From NCBI GenBank assembly GCA_943348815.1, contig CALQYT010000003.1:4679-68678 (forward strand): a stretch of 64,000 bases of DNA, in the 5' to 3' direction. Source of the stretch: Candidatus Nomurabacteria bacterium (lineage in GTDB: Bacteria > Patescibacteriota > Minisyncoccia > Phycocordibacterales > SBAW01). The position numbers and the translations under genes were made by a program. Under the pieces are notes generated by a model. The model made no database searches. It saw only the letters and a list, made by a program, of their open reading frames with translations, and was not told the DNA's origin. Positions 1 to 11,100 of the stretch are shown in pieces. Every line of letters begins with the position of its first letter. The first letter of the stretch is position 1.

Positions 1-144
1 ACCAAGGATTGGCCGGGAATCCAGTTGGCATAGACCTCGACATTGATAACCTTAGCCGGCTCGGGCCGAGCAGCTAAGAAACACAGGCTCGCAAGAACAA
101 AAGGGCTCATGGCTCTCCCCAACTTCTGCCGTTTTACTCTATTC

Positions 145-837
145 TCACCACCCCTTTTTGTCGAGCGCGGCCCTTGCGGCGGCCTGCTCGGCCTCTTGTT
201 TGCTTTTGCCCGAACCTTCGGCAAGCAACGTTTCTTTTATATAGACACCCACTTCAAACTTTTTGTCATGGTCGGGGCCGCTCTCGCTTAGCACCACATA
301 GTGCGGCGTAACGCCGTGATGCTCCTGCGCTTTTTCTTGGAGCGACGACTTGGCATCGAGCCACAACTTTTTGCGGACGATGTCGTCAATTTTGGGGAAG
401 AGATTCCTTTCTATAAATCCGCGCGCAGCGTCATAGCCTGAGTCTATATATATTGCGCCAACGAGCGCCTCAAACGCATTGGCAAGCAAAATGCTGCGCG
501 CGCGGCCGGTATCTTTGGCCTCGCCACGACTCAGCAACAAAAAATCATTCATACCGAGTGACTCGGCGACTTCGGCGCACGTAACCGCGTTAACCAACGC
601 CGCGCGGTAGGCGGTCAGCTCGCCCTCATTTTCTTGCGGATACTTCTCATACAAAAAATGCGTCGAAATAAGTTCGAGTACCGCATCGCCCAAAAACTCG
701 AGCCGCTCATTGTGCTCAAGGGTTTCGCCTCGGTGTTCGTTGAGGTAGGAGCGGTGCGTAAACGCCTGCCGCAACAACCCTAGGTCATTAAACTCAACCC
801 CAATCGACGCTTCGAACGATTTAAAATCTTTAGGCAT
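145..837 (-). CDS. rnc: Ribonuclease III
   Basis: HNERLEFLGDAVL signature, NAFEALVGAIY, C-terminal dsRBD (AKSSLQE...GSGKSKQEAEQAAA). Confidence 0.98.
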   Translation of the reverse strand: MPKDFKSFEASIGVEFNDLGLLRQAFTHRSYLNEHRGETLEHNERLEFLGDAVLELISTHFLYEKYPQENEGELTAYRAALVNAVTCAEVAESLGMNDFLLLSRGEAKDTGRARSILLANAFEALVGAIYIDSGYDAARGFIERNLFPKIDDIVRKKLWLDAKSSLQEKAQEHHGVTPHYVVLSESGPDHDKKFEVGVYIKETLLAEGSGKSKQEAEQAAARAALDKKGW

Positions 838-1762
838 TTTTCTTCTGCTTTTGTTTTTCGGGCCTCGTAAGTTTGTCTACTGCTTTTTGCACAATCGGGA
901 GCATATCTTCGTAAAAATTGAGTTCGAGCGCGTCTTGCAATTTAAACCACCGTGCGTCATCCAACCCTCCTTTTTGCTCGAGCACAATGTCTACAAACGA
1001 TGCTTCGGCCAAAAAGTACGTGACATGTTTGCGCTTTTTGCCGGTCGCGGGGTCCGAAGCTACATACTCGTTCTCCCCCACCTTTTCTTTAAGTTTGATA
1101 TCGAGACCGAGCTCCTCTTTAATCTCGCGGATGGTACCGTCCTCGACCGTCTCGTTGGCAATCTCCGGGCTGTCGCCGATTTTGCCTTTGCTCAATGTCC
1201 AGTGGCCAAAGATATCGTGCACGAGCGCCAAGTATAGCTCGCCCTTATTCCGCGCATACACCACCGCGCCACCCAGTCGCTGCACGGGCATCTGGTCGTA
1301 GGGCACATCCTTTTTCTTTTTAGAAACTTCGTCTTTGCCGGGCTCGCCGAGCTCTTTGTACACGGCGCCCAACACGCCGTTGACAAACCGGCCGCTATTT
1401 TCGCCGCCAAACCGCTTTGCTAGTTCGATCGCCTCGTTGATAGCAACTTTAGCGGGCACTTTGCTGCGGTCGCTAAACAACAGCTCAAAGAGCCCAAGCC
1501 GCAACACGTTGCGGTCAACCGGTGCGATCCGCGGGAGCGGCCACTCAGGTGCGGCCTTAGCAATCACCAAGTCCAAGTCTTTGTGGCGCTCAATAGCGCC
1601 GGCCAACAACTCCTCCATAAACGGCAAATCGCCCGCTGCCGGGGCGAACTCTTGCGCATTACGCGCGAGCGCTTCTTTGGCCACGGCAAGGGACGCAGAG
1701 CGGAGATCCCACTCGAAGAGTGTCTGGAGGACTACTGAGCGTGATAGGTGCCTGTTGGCCAT
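830..1762 (-). CDS. nusB: NusB transcription antitermination factor fused to a C-terminal NUDIX hydrolase domain
   Basis: N-half RHLSRSVVLQTLFEWD...DRNVLRLG...VAINEAIELAKRFG..SGRFVNGVLG = NusB; C-half HWTLSKGK...E-x7-REIKEELGL = Nudix box. Start moved to ATG at 1762 (MANRH). Confidence 0.93.
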   Translation of the reverse strand: MANRHLSRSVVLQTLFEWDLRSASLAVAKEALARNAQEFAPAAGDLPFMEELLAGAIERHKDLDLVIAKAAPEWPLPRIAPVDRNVLRLGLFELLFSDRSKVPAKVAINEAIELAKRFGGENSGRFVNGVLGAVYKELGEPGKDEVSKKKKDVPYDQMPVQRLGGAVVYARNKGELYLALVHDIFGHWTLSKGKIGDSPEIANETVEDGTIREIKEELGLDIKLKEKVGENEYVASDPATGKKRKHVTYFLAEASFVDIVLEQKGGLDDARWFKLQDALELNFYEDMLPIVQKAVDKLTRPEKQKQKKNA

Positions 1763-1861
1763 TCGTATTTTTAAGAACGCACGTCGCCCGCGACCCAAAC
1801 GATGCAAAGTTCAGATGCCGAAGCCGACGCCTTGGTCGGCTCCCCGACTAAAACGTCGGGG

Positions 1862-2092
1862 CTACTTCTGCGCCTGAGCTTTATCTCTTTTTGCCTTGCG
1901 GGCCGCCTTGGCCGATGCTTTGCCGGCATGGTCAACCACGACGCGTCCGCGGTAGCGCCCGCAGGTCGGGCAGGCACGGTGAGAGACGCGCGGAGCGCCG
2001 CACTCACAGGCCATCACAAACGCCGCCTTAAGCGCATGATGTGAGCGCCGTTGGCGGGTCTGGGAGCGGTTATGTCGCATCCTTACTACCAT
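1862..2092 (-). CDS. rpmF: 50S ribosomal protein L32
   Basis: RQRRSHHAL...CECG...[14 protein letters not shown] motif. Confidence 0.95.
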   Translation of the reverse strand: MVVRMRHNRSQTRQRRSHHALKAAFVMACECGAPRVSHRACPTCGRYRGRVVVDHAGKASAKAARKAKRDKAQAQK

Positions 2093-2123
2093 GCCGCTAC
2101 CTTATCATATATACCTAAAAATT

Positions 2124-2151
2124 AAAACACCCTCCTGTTCAACAGGGGGTG
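2124..2151 (-). terminator. Intrinsic terminator after small ORF 2153-2362
   Basis: CACCCTCCTGTT/ACAGGGGGTG stem followed by a T-run on the minus strand. Confidence 0.6.
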
Positions 2152-2152
2152 C

Positions 2153-2362
2153 TTATTCTTTCTTAACGAAGTGACCACACTGGTCTTGACGAAACGGAGC
2201 CCTGTTCCACCCATTAGCTTCAGGACAGAAAACTGTCGAAGCTATGCCCAGGCCGCTCAGTTCAAAATTGGGGTGCCCGCGATGAACACAGCCGTCGCAG
2301 AGCATTTTTGCTGTTTTTGTGCGTCCCGTTCTCGGCGACGCTTCGGCAGTAGTTAATTCCAC
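2153..2362 (-). CDS. Small hypothetical Cys-containing protein
   Basis: 69-aa ORF filling an intergenic gap, purine-rich upstream, followed directly by a terminator; CDGC...FCP...C pattern. Confidence 0.45.
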   Translation of the reverse strand: MELTTAEASPRTGRTKTAKMLCDGCVHRGHPNFELSGLGIASTVFCPEANGWNRAPFRQDQCGHFVKKE

Positions 2363-2451
2363 GTATCTTCCCCTCGTTCGAGATTCCAGATTTTTTTACG
2401 CACGGAACAACTCGAAAACCATACCATCCCTATTGGCGTATCGTCAAGTGA

Positions 2452-3036
2452 TCAGTTCACACTTCCACAAAAGCTGCGGCGGTGGATGTTGCACAACCCG
2501 TGCCGGCGGATGGCCCGGCGATGGTCTTGCGTGCCATAGCCCATGTGCTGCTCAAACCCATAGTCGGGGTAGAGCATCGAAAGATGTTCCATCGTGCGGT
2601 CGCGGGTAACCTTGGCCAAAATTGAGGCGAGTGATATCAGCGGCACGCGCGCATCGCCGTCTATAACCGTGCGCTGGGTGTAGCCCTCGGGTGCGCGCAA
2701 CAACCCATCGAGCAACACCGTGCTGTGTGCCGCTGGAGCGAGTGCACGTACGCCACTATGCAATGCCACCCGCACGGCGCGCGTGATTCCAAACCGGTCT
2801 ATATACTGATGATCCGAAAAACGGACGATAAACCGCAGGTCGCCACGGCTGGCGCGCCGCTCAACTTCGGTAAAAATAAGCTCGCGTTTTTGCCGCGAGA
2901 GGAGTTTGGAGTCACGCACGAGGGGGAATTCTTTTAACACATCAAACCCGGGCGGTATGGCCACGACGCCCACCGATACAGGGCCGGCGAGCGGGCCTCT
3001 CCCCGCCTCGTCCACCCCGATGATGAACTCCATCAT
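2452..3036 (-). CDS. rnhB: Ribonuclease HII
   Basis: GVDEAGRGPLAGPV, DSKLL, LLDG, ASILAKVTRD, GYGT, HRRSF motifs. Confidence 0.97.
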   Translation of the reverse strand: MMEFIIGVDEAGRGPLAGPVSVGVVAIPPGFDVLKEFPLVRDSKLLSRQKRELIFTEVERRASRGDLRFIVRFSDHQYIDRFGITRAVRVALHSGVRALAPAAHSTVLLDGLLRAPEGYTQRTVIDGDARVPLISLASILAKVTRDRTMEHLSMLYPDYGFEQHMGYGTQDHRRAIRRHGLCNIHRRSFCGSVN

Positions 3037-3078
3037 TAGATTTATTGTATCAGAGGGCGGGGAGCGTATACTGGGCGT

Positions 3079-6078
3079 ATGTCACAGGGTTTTGTACCGC
3101 TGCATGTCCACTCGCACTACTCGCTTCTAAAAGCATTACCTAAAATCCCCGACCTCGTGGCGCGCGCCAAAGCGTGCGGGTATGAATCGATGGCGCTTAC
3201 CGACCTCGATAATTTGTATGGCGCGCTCGAATTTTATAAAGAGTGTAAAGCGCAAGGTATTAAGCCAATCATTGGTCTTGATGCCAAACTCGAAGGCGGC
3301 GCACGCATATTGTTGTTTGCCCAAAACGAACGCGGCTACAAAAATTTGATGGTGCTGGTTACCAAAACCCACGCGCAAGACGCGCAGGGCGTACCACTGA
3401 CGCACGAACTTTTGCGCGAGCATCAAGAAGGTATTTTGACGCTCGACCCGCGCGATGCAACCGTAGCGCTGCCCGAGATTTATTATCTTGACCCGGAAGA
3501 CCGGCGTGCATGGGAGGTAATGCGCGCGATAGAAAACCGCGGCCCAAGCGAGAGTGGCAATGTGGCCGAAGAAGACGAAGCATACTTCTTCCCCAGCGCC
3601 GACCAAATCGCCGAGCGCTACACACCTGAGCAAATCGTCAAAACCGCTGAAATTGCCGCGCAATGCACAGTAGAACTTGAGCTGGGCAAATGGGTGTTCC
3701 CCGACTTCCCCATCCCCGCAGGCTCAAATTTTAATGACGAACTCCGGAGCAAAATTGAAGATGGAATCAAACGCCGCTTTATTTCGGCGACCACCGAGGT
3801 GCGCGAGCGCGTTGAATACGAATATCAAATTATTACCGACAAAGGCTACGCGCCGTACTTTTTGGTGGTCGCCGACCTGCTCGCTTTTGCGCGGCAAAAC
3901 GGCATCTTGACCACGATCCGCGGTTCGGTTGCCGGCAGTTTGGTTACGTATGTTACGGGGATTACGAATGTGAATCCGCTCGAATATAAATTGCCGTTCG
4001 AACGCTTTTTAAACCCCGAGCGCCCGTCGGCCCCCGATATCGACATGGACTTTGCCGACAACCGCCGCGATGAGGTGATTGAGTATGCGCGCAAAAAATA
4101 TGGCACCGAGCACGTGGCACAGATTGGCACCTTTGGCACCATGTTGGCGCGCGGTGTGGTGCGCGACGTTGCCCGCGCCTTGGGCCACCCCTACGGCTTG
4201 GGCGACCGGCTGGCCAAAGCGGTGCCGTTTGGCTCGCAGGGCTTCCCCATGACACTCGAGCGCGCGCTCGAGGAAAACCCGGAGCTCAAACAAATGTACG
4301 ATTCCGAAGAAGAAACTAAAGAAGTGATCGACCTAGGCAGAAAAATCGAAGGCTGCGCACGCCACGTGGGTGTGCACGCCGCGGGCGTGGTTATCTCACC
4401 ACTCTCCTTGGTCAACTACTCGCCGCTCCAACTCGACCCAAAGGGCGGAAAAATTATTACGCAGTACGACATGTACTCAATCGAGGACGCCGGGCTGTTG
4501 AAGTTTGATTTCCTCGGCATCCGCAACCTGGCCATACTCGCCGACGCGGTGCGCTTGGTAGAAAAAACGCGCAATATAAAAATCGATATTGAAAATGTTC
4601 CCGTCGACGACAAAAGCACCTACGATATGCTCGCGCGCGGCGAAACGGAAGGAATTTTTCAACTCAACGGCGCGGGAATGACGCGCTACCTCAAAGAGCT
4701 GCGCCCCACGACAATCCACGACATCAACGCGATGGTGGCGCTGTTTCGCCCCGGCCCCATGGAAACGATCCCGATGTATATCGAGCGCAAACACAACGCA
4801 GCACTCATCCACTACCTCGACCCACGGATGAAGGAGTACTTAGACTTTTCGTACGGTGTATTGGTCTACCAAGACGACGTGCTTTTGACCGCTATTACGC
4901 TCGGCGGCTACTCGTGGCTCCAGGCCGACATGCTGCGCAAAGCAATGGGTAAAAAAATCCCGGCCGTGATGGAAGCCGAGCGCGAAAAACTGACCAAAGG
5001 GTTTATTGAGTACGGCAAACTTTCGAAACAACTCGCCGACAAATTGTGGAAATTAATCGAGCCCTTTGCCGCGTACGGATTTAACAAAGCGCACGCCGCA
5101 AGCTACGGGCGCGTGGCCTACCAAACCGCGTATATGAAAGCCAACTTCCCCGTCGAGTACATGGCAGCGGTGCTCACGGCCGAGGCGGGCGACATCGACA
5201 CGGTGGCGGTGATGGTCAACGAGTGCAAACGCATGGGCGTGGCGGTGCTGCCGCCGGATGTAAACGAAAGTTTTGGCGACTTTACCGTAATCCTCGCGGC
5301 TCCTAAGGACTCTCCTTTGGAAACGCCTAACCCCCGACGGGGTGCCGATGCGGCAGACGCTATAAGGTTTGGCCTCTATTCAATCAAAAACTTTGGCAGC
5401 GGGGTGGCGGATGAAATTATTAAAGAAAGAAAGGCGGGCGGCAAATTTAAAACCATCGGCGACTTTTTAGAGCGCGTCAAAACGCAAGGACTCAACAAAA
5501 AAGGTTTGGAGAGTTTAATCATGTGCGGAGCGCTCGATAGCCTTGGCGAGCGCGGCGCGATGTTGGCAAGCCTCGAACTTTTGCTCGAGCATCAACGTGC
5601 CGGGCGCGATGGGGCCCACGACTCGCTTTTTGCAGGTATGGACGCTGAGACAACCTTTGTAGTTCCTCCCGCTCCAGCTGCGGAGCTTGCGGTAAAACTT
5701 GGGTGGGAAAAAGAGTTGCTCGGCCTCTACGTGTCGGGCCATCCACTCGACCGCGTTAAAGACAAATTGGAAAAAGCGCATCAAAGCGGCAAGTCGATGA
5801 GTATCAAACAACTGCGCGAGCACGCACAGCCGGGCACTACACTGGTTGCGGCGGGGATGATAGAGACCGTGCGCACCATACTCACCCGCGGCGGCGACCA
5901 GATGGCGTTTATTAAGATCGCAGATTATGGAGGCTCCATTGAGGCAGTAATATTTCCAAAAAGCTTTGTCGAATATAAGGACATTCTCAAGCCCGACTCG
6001 TGCATCGCGCTCAAAGGCCGCGTCTCAAACCGCAATGGCGAGCTGTCCTTGGTTGCCGAGGCACTTAAAGCGTTGTAA
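3079..6078 (+). CDS. dnaE: DNA polymerase III alpha subunit with shortened, degenerate PHP domain
   Basis: RGSVAGSLV, FERFLNPER.SAPDIDMDF, GLLKFDFLG, FAAYGFNKAHA, C-terminal OB fold. Confidence 0.98.
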   Translation: MSQGFVPLHVHSHYSLLKALPKIPDLVARAKACGYESMALTDLDNLYGALEFYKECKAQGIKPIIGLDAKLEGGARILLFAQNERGYKNLMVLVTKTHAQDAQGVPLTHELLREHQEGILTLDPRDATVALPEIYYLDPEDRRAWEVMRAIENRGPSESGNVAEEDEAYFFPSADQIAERYTPEQIVKTAEIAAQCTVELELGKWVFPDFPIPAGSNFNDELRSKIEDGIKRRFISATTEVRERVEYEYQIITDKGYAPYFLVVADLLAFARQNGILTTIRGSVAGSLVTYVTGITNVNPLEYKLPFERFLNPERPSAPDIDMDFADNRRDEVIEYARKKYGTEHVAQIGTFGTMLARGVVRDVARALGHPYGLGDRLAKAVPFGSQGFPMTLERALEENPELKQMYDSEEETKEVIDLGRKIEGCARHVGVHAAGVVISPLSLVNYSPLQLDPKGGKIITQYDMYSIEDAGLLKFDFLGIRNLAILADAVRLVEKTRNIKIDIENVPVDDKSTYDMLARGETEGIFQLNGAGMTRYLKELRPTTIHDINAMVALFRPGPMETIPMYIERKHNAALIHYLDPRMKEYLDFSYGVLVYQDDVLLTAITLGGYSWLQADMLRKAMGKKIPAVMEAEREKLTKGFIEYGKLSKQLADKLWKLIEPFAAYGFNKAHAASYGRVAYQTAYMKANFPVEYMAAVLTAEAGDIDTVAVMVNECKRMGVAVLPPDVNESFGDFTVILAAPKDSPLETPNPRRGADAADAIRFGLYSIKNFGSGVADEIIKERKAGGKFKTIGDFLERVKTQGLNKKGLESLIMCGALDSLGERGAMLASLELLLEHQRAGRDGAHDSLFAGMDAETTFVVPPAPAAELAVKLGWEKELLGLYVSGHPLDRVKDKLEKAHQSGKSMSIKQLREHAQPGTTLVAAGMIETVRTILTRGGDQMAFIKIADYGGSIEAVIFPKSFVEYKDILKPDSCIALKGRVSNRNGELSLVAEALKAL

Positions 6079-6110
6079 AATGGCTCCGTCGTTCCTATAG
6101 GGGGTCTGCA

Positions 6111-6293
6111 ATGAAACCAGTCAAAGGCGTTCCAGGAGCGATGCTCTTGGAAACCGACGAAGAAGCAGCGGCTGCTCTGGCGCGGGCACGAAAGCCTATT
6201 CGCACTGAAAAGCAGCGGACACGAAGCGAGCAGGGCCAAGGAGCCCATGAAATTGACGCGAAGGTCATCCAGATCCGTTCGAGGATGAACTAG
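6111..6293 (+). CDS. Small hypothetical protein
   Basis: 60-aa ORF with G-rich SD-like upstream (AGGGGG) and a downstream terminator. Confidence 0.4.
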   Translation: MKPVKGVPGAMLLETDEEAAAALARARKPIRTEKQRTRSEQGQGAHEIDAKVIQIRSRMN

Positions 6294-6308
6294 AGCCTCG
6301 CCCAATCC

Positions 6309-6340
6309 AACGGCTCCGACTACAACGTCGGGCCGTTTTT
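6309..6340 (+). terminator. Intrinsic terminator
   Basis: AACGGCTCCGAC-TACAAC-GTCGGGCCGTT followed by TTT. Confidence 0.6.
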
Positions 6341-6381
6341 AATTTCAATAATTTGGGGTAGTATAGAAAGCACCTTATTTT

Positions 6382-8121
6382 ATGGCCGAAATCGAACATA
6401 TCCGCCATACCCTCGCCCACCTTTTGGCTGCCACGGTGCGCGACCTTTACCCTGGAGCAAAAAATGCGATAGGCCCGTCGATCGACAATGGCTTTTATCA
6501 GGACTTCGACATGGGCTCGCACAAAGTATCCGAAGAAGATTTCCCAAAGATCGAAAAGCGGATGCGCGAAATCTTAAAGACCTGGACAACGTCGTCGCAT
6601 CGCGAAGTAACGGCTGAGGAGGCGCAAAAAGAGTACGCGTGGAATGAGTACAAGGCCGAGCTTGCCAACGAGTTTGCGCAAGGCGGCAAAACTATTACCT
6701 TCTACCGGCTCGGCGACTTTGACGATCTTTGCAAAGGCGGGCACTCAGAAAATCCTGAAAAAGAAGTAAATCCTGACGGTTTTAAGCTCGACCGCGTTGC
6801 CGGTGCCTATTGGCGCGCCGACTCATCCAAGAAAATGCTTACGCGTATTTACGGACTCGCGTTTGAGACCAAGGGGGAGCTTGACCATTACATCGCCATG
6901 CGTGAAGAGGCCAAAAAGCGAGATCATCGGAAAATTGGTAAAGAACTTGATCTGTTTGTTTTCTCCGATCTTGTCGGCGCCGGGCTTCCTTTATTCACAC
7001 CCAAGGGTACCGTGTTGCGTGACGAGATTAGTAACTTCACCCAAGAGTTACGTATAAAACGCGGCTTCCAAAAAGTTTGGATTCCACATATCACCAAGAC
7101 GGACCTATATAAGACCTCAGGACACTGGGCAAAATTCGGCCACGAACTCTTTCTGGTGAAGAGCCAGGAAACAGACACTGATTTCGTGCTCAAGCCCATG
7201 AACTGTCCTCACCATCAGCAGATCTATGCGGGCAAACCCCGCAGCTATCGCGACCTCCCCTTGCGTTATCTCGAGACGACTACGGTGTATCGTGACGAAA
7301 AGACCGGCGAGCTCTCGGGTCTTTCCCGCGTACGCGCCATAACTCAGGATGATAGTCATATATTCTGCACGCCCGAGCAGATCGAGCAGGAATTTCAGAG
7401 CATTATCGAAATGGTAAAGATTTTTTTCACTGCCGTTACCATGCCGTTTAGAGCGCGGCTCTCGTTTAGAGACCCGAAAACTCCAGAAAAGTATCTTGGT
7501 GAGGAAGCGCTGTGGCAGAAAGCGCAGGATATTATTCTCACCATCGCGAAGAATAATAATCTTGACTACTTCATCGCAGAAGGCGAAGCCGCATTCTACG
7601 GCCCGAAGATCGACTTCATGGCCTATGACGCGCTCGGCCGCGAACATCAGCTCGCGACACCACAGCTCGACTTTGTACAGCCAGCGCGTTTCGAACTCAA
7701 GTACTCCGATAAAGACGGGACGGAAAAAACACCTGTTATGATTCATCTCGCCGTTGCGGGCTCATTGGAGCGTTTCTTGTCCGTATACATCGAGCACACG
7801 GCGGGCGTGTTTCCCCTTTGGATTTCGCCCATACAGGCGCGCGTACTACCTATTGGCGAAGGACATCAAGCTTTTGCCCACGAAGTGCTCGAACAACTAA
7901 AAGCAGCGGGCATACGCGCCGAGTTGGATGAAAGTAACGAAAGCCTCGGCAAAAAAATCCGCGAAGCCAAGCAGCAAAAAGTTCCCTACCTTTTGGTAAT
8001 TGGCGATCAGGAAGTTGCCGCTAAAACCGCCACCCTAGAATCCCGCGAAGCAAAAATCGGCGCACTCCCGATTGCTGACATAGTTTCAAAACTTACTGCA
8101 GAAATAAAGGCGCGAGCTTAG
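6382..8121 (+). CDS. thrS: Threonyl-tRNA synthetase (no N-terminal TGS domain)
   Basis: RHTLAHLLA editing motif, DLCKGGH, RDHRKIG, KPMNCPHH, AAFYGPKID, GSLERF. Confidence 0.98.
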   Translation: MAEIEHIRHTLAHLLAATVRDLYPGAKNAIGPSIDNGFYQDFDMGSHKVSEEDFPKIEKRMREILKTWTTSSHREVTAEEAQKEYAWNEYKAELANEFAQGGKTITFYRLGDFDDLCKGGHSENPEKEVNPDGFKLDRVAGAYWRADSSKKMLTRIYGLAFETKGELDHYIAMREEAKKRDHRKIGKELDLFVFSDLVGAGLPLFTPKGTVLRDEISNFTQELRIKRGFQKVWIPHITKTDLYKTSGHWAKFGHELFLVKSQETDTDFVLKPMNCPHHQQIYAGKPRSYRDLPLRYLETTTVYRDEKTGELSGLSRVRAITQDDSHIFCTPEQIEQEFQSIIEMVKIFFTAVTMPFRARLSFRDPKTPEKYLGEEALWQKAQDIILTIAKNNNLDYFIAEGEAAFYGPKIDFMAYDALGREHQLATPQLDFVQPARFELKYSDKDGTEKTPVMIHLAVAGSLERFLSVYIEHTAGVFPLWISPIQARVLPIGEGHQAFAHEVLEQLKAAGIRAELDESNESLGKKIREAKQQKVPYLLVIGDQEVAAKTATLESREAKIGALPIADIVSKLTAEIKARA

Positions 8122-11100
8122 CTAAGGCTTAGACAAAACTTGGTTGATTCGCTTGTAGATCCGCTCAGGTGGGATAGACGACGCGCCAATCTTCTCGCCA
8201 TTTTCCTCAATGTAGTAACCGCTCTTCCATTTTTGATCCCACAAGAGCGCGTAGGTACCCGTACGCTTGCGATAGTTTTCGAACGCTTTGGCGTGTGTCA
8301 CTCGAATAGTTTTGGGTTCTGACCACTGAATAGGATCGCCCAAAATAAGCATCACGTTGGGGGTGCCCAGTGCTGCAGCAAAATGTCCGAGTCCTGTATC
8401 AGGAGTTACCACCACTTTAGACATAGCAAGAATGGGATTTATAAATTCGGCATTTTCTTTTCCTACTGAAAAACGGCGGCCAAAACGAGTCTTAAGCCGC
8501 TCCATAAGTGACGCGTACCGGCCTCTGCGCTCTGCGCTTGGATCTTCCAAAAATAAGACATGTGCATCTGCGTGTTCCGCAAATATTTTTGTAAGTAGTT
8601 CCTCCCAACGCTCAGGAGCATATTCTTTAGGCTGGACTCCCGCGCCCGCTGAAATAGTTATTACCTTTTCGTTGGGCTGAATATCATATTTGGTACGGAG
8701 TCGTTCAACCTGTTCAGTGTGGTCGGCACGTTTTCCTATAAACGATTCGACCTTCTTAATATCCTCAAACAATTTTTGACCGGTCATGAGCTCGAGATTC
8801 CGCATAACCCTCTGTGGGATCATGTCGTAACGTTTGGTCAATTTACCTTCGCGTGGCGCTTCCTCCATAAGCCAACTGTTCCAGTCGACGGACATGACAT
8901 AGCCGGGGTCACCCGCGCGCCTAGGTGCGACACCCAATGCTGCATAATCCTTATACGTTTTGTCTGCATTAATCACAAACCTCTCTCTGTTGGGCGCACC
9001 CTGCACTAGTGCTTTTACCTCTGCAAGATTGACGACACGCAAACCAGGATACTGTGTTTCCAGTGCTCCAAACAAAGCTTTGTTGTGCTGACTCACTACC
9101 GTAATCTGCTTGGTCGTACCGTTTTGTTTAAAATAGTGGTCGAGCGCCATGATAACCGGCATAGTTACGACGGAGTCGCCGACGGGACCATCAAGCATAA
9201 GGATTACTTCATCGGCACGCTCGAGACCCTTACGCAATGGCGAAGTTTTATAGAATTCCTCAGCAAAAGGCTTTCCTCCTACTTTTGACTCCTCGATAAA
9301 GATGTTTTCAATCTGCCGATAGGTACGGTCTAGCTGCATATCCACAAATCTGGAGAGAGAGTAGTCGGTGTTGTAGCGCTTATTGTGTTGCAACCGCTCT
9401 CCTTCAAATACTTGTTGTGCACGCGCCGGAAGATTTTCAAAATCTTCAAGCTCTTTGAGTCGGTTCAACACCGAACGATATTTAACGCGCAAATCTTTTT
9501 CATACTTAAGACGCTCTACTAACTCTTTCATTCGCTGGGAGTTTTGGGTATTGCGGTACACCTTCTCAAGATCGGTGTAGTCGTTTTTCATGCCGCCTGA
9601 ACCACGCTCATACCCATAGCCCCCTGCAAAGTGCCCTGGCTCTTCGGGCGAAGGTCCGTGTACCGGCGTGCGCAGCGGATCGGGATTCCTAAGACGCTCC
9701 AGTGGCGTGCGCGGAATAAAAGGAATAAAGGGCGGTGGATCAACCTCAGGGTCAGCAGGGACATTGATCGTGGTGTCCCACCACCGGATTGTTTCTTCTC
9801 GCGTAACTCTCCTTGTAATTGCATCTTCTGTACGATACGTAACTTTGTCAGGAACACTCGGCCTATCTTCGCCCACTTGTGTTGCAAGTATGCGTACTCC
9901 TGTGGCATCTTCGCGCACACGCATGGTCTGCGCCACTTCGGCAAAAGCACCTTTAAATACTGCCCGGCCTTTGGCATCAGTTTCAAATAATAGTCTTGCT
10001 ACTTCACTGTCGCGTGGAATGATTGCCTGACCATTGCGATCTATCGCCACCTCAAACACTTGGTTTTGAGTACCCTTAGATACTGAAAGCAGGAGCGAGA
10101 GTTTGCCAGTGCGCATCAATTCCTGCGCGTTAGCGCTATGTGGACCGTGGAACGAACCGTCGGGCCGCATACCTCGCACAGTGTATACATAGTCACCCGC
10201 GGCATTGACTCCGGTATTGTTAGGACCTCCATACCAAAGACGCAATTCATTTTTATCAAATACTGGCTTAGGCGTGTTGTTGTCGTACCATAGCTCGCGT
10301 TTTATGGTCTTGGTGTCGCCACGCTCGGCATAGTCTTGCACTGCCTCCCCGACACTCATGGGCGTGCGCACCGCTACCCGCTTACCCGGCTCGGTTACGG
10401 TAGTATCAATATAATTGATTGCCGTGTGAGGACCCCCCGTGAGGGCAATATCATGCTTTTTGAGCAAATCTTTTGCAGCATCAGTAAAGTTGCCATCACG
10501 GTCGGTGGTGAGCCCACTTACCACCACCTCGCCATTACGTATAAGCGTAACGGTGTCAGCAACTTTGGTGAGCGAAAAGCCGTCAGGCATACGGATATGG
10601 TTACTGCCGATCTGATCCATAACCGGCCCGCCCATAAGCATGTAAGAAGGTTCACCATTGATAAGGTGCGACGCCTTCATACGCACCCACTCAAGTGCCG
10701 TAACACTGTCTGGCGGATTGACCGGTTTTCCTTGCGTAAGCCGTTCAATCAGCCCCATCTGGTTTTTATTAAAGAAAGCCATGGTTTCTTGAGCCACAAG
10801 ACCAACCCCAAGACCAACCAACGCTCCTACGGTTGCTGCCTTAAATACTTTGCGATCTTTAATTTGGGAAAATAAAGCGTCTTTCCTTTCGCGTTCAGTT
10901 TCTCGCTCTCCCCTGACAAGCGCGCGCTGCGCGACCAGCTCAGCATTTACCGTGCTACTCGTCACATAACTATGGAGCTCCGAGTCGGTGCTTAGAGTCC
11001 CGTGAATGGCCGCGCGCAGTTGTGCGCGCAATACGTCAAGCTCACAACGCTCTTTAACAATGTTTTGAGGATTACTAAAATGTATGTAGTCTTTCTTTTC

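Noticed and set aside
1-140. Possible CDS start at the left edge
   Set aside because: An open minus-strand frame exists but has no clear start or motif; cannot be supported.
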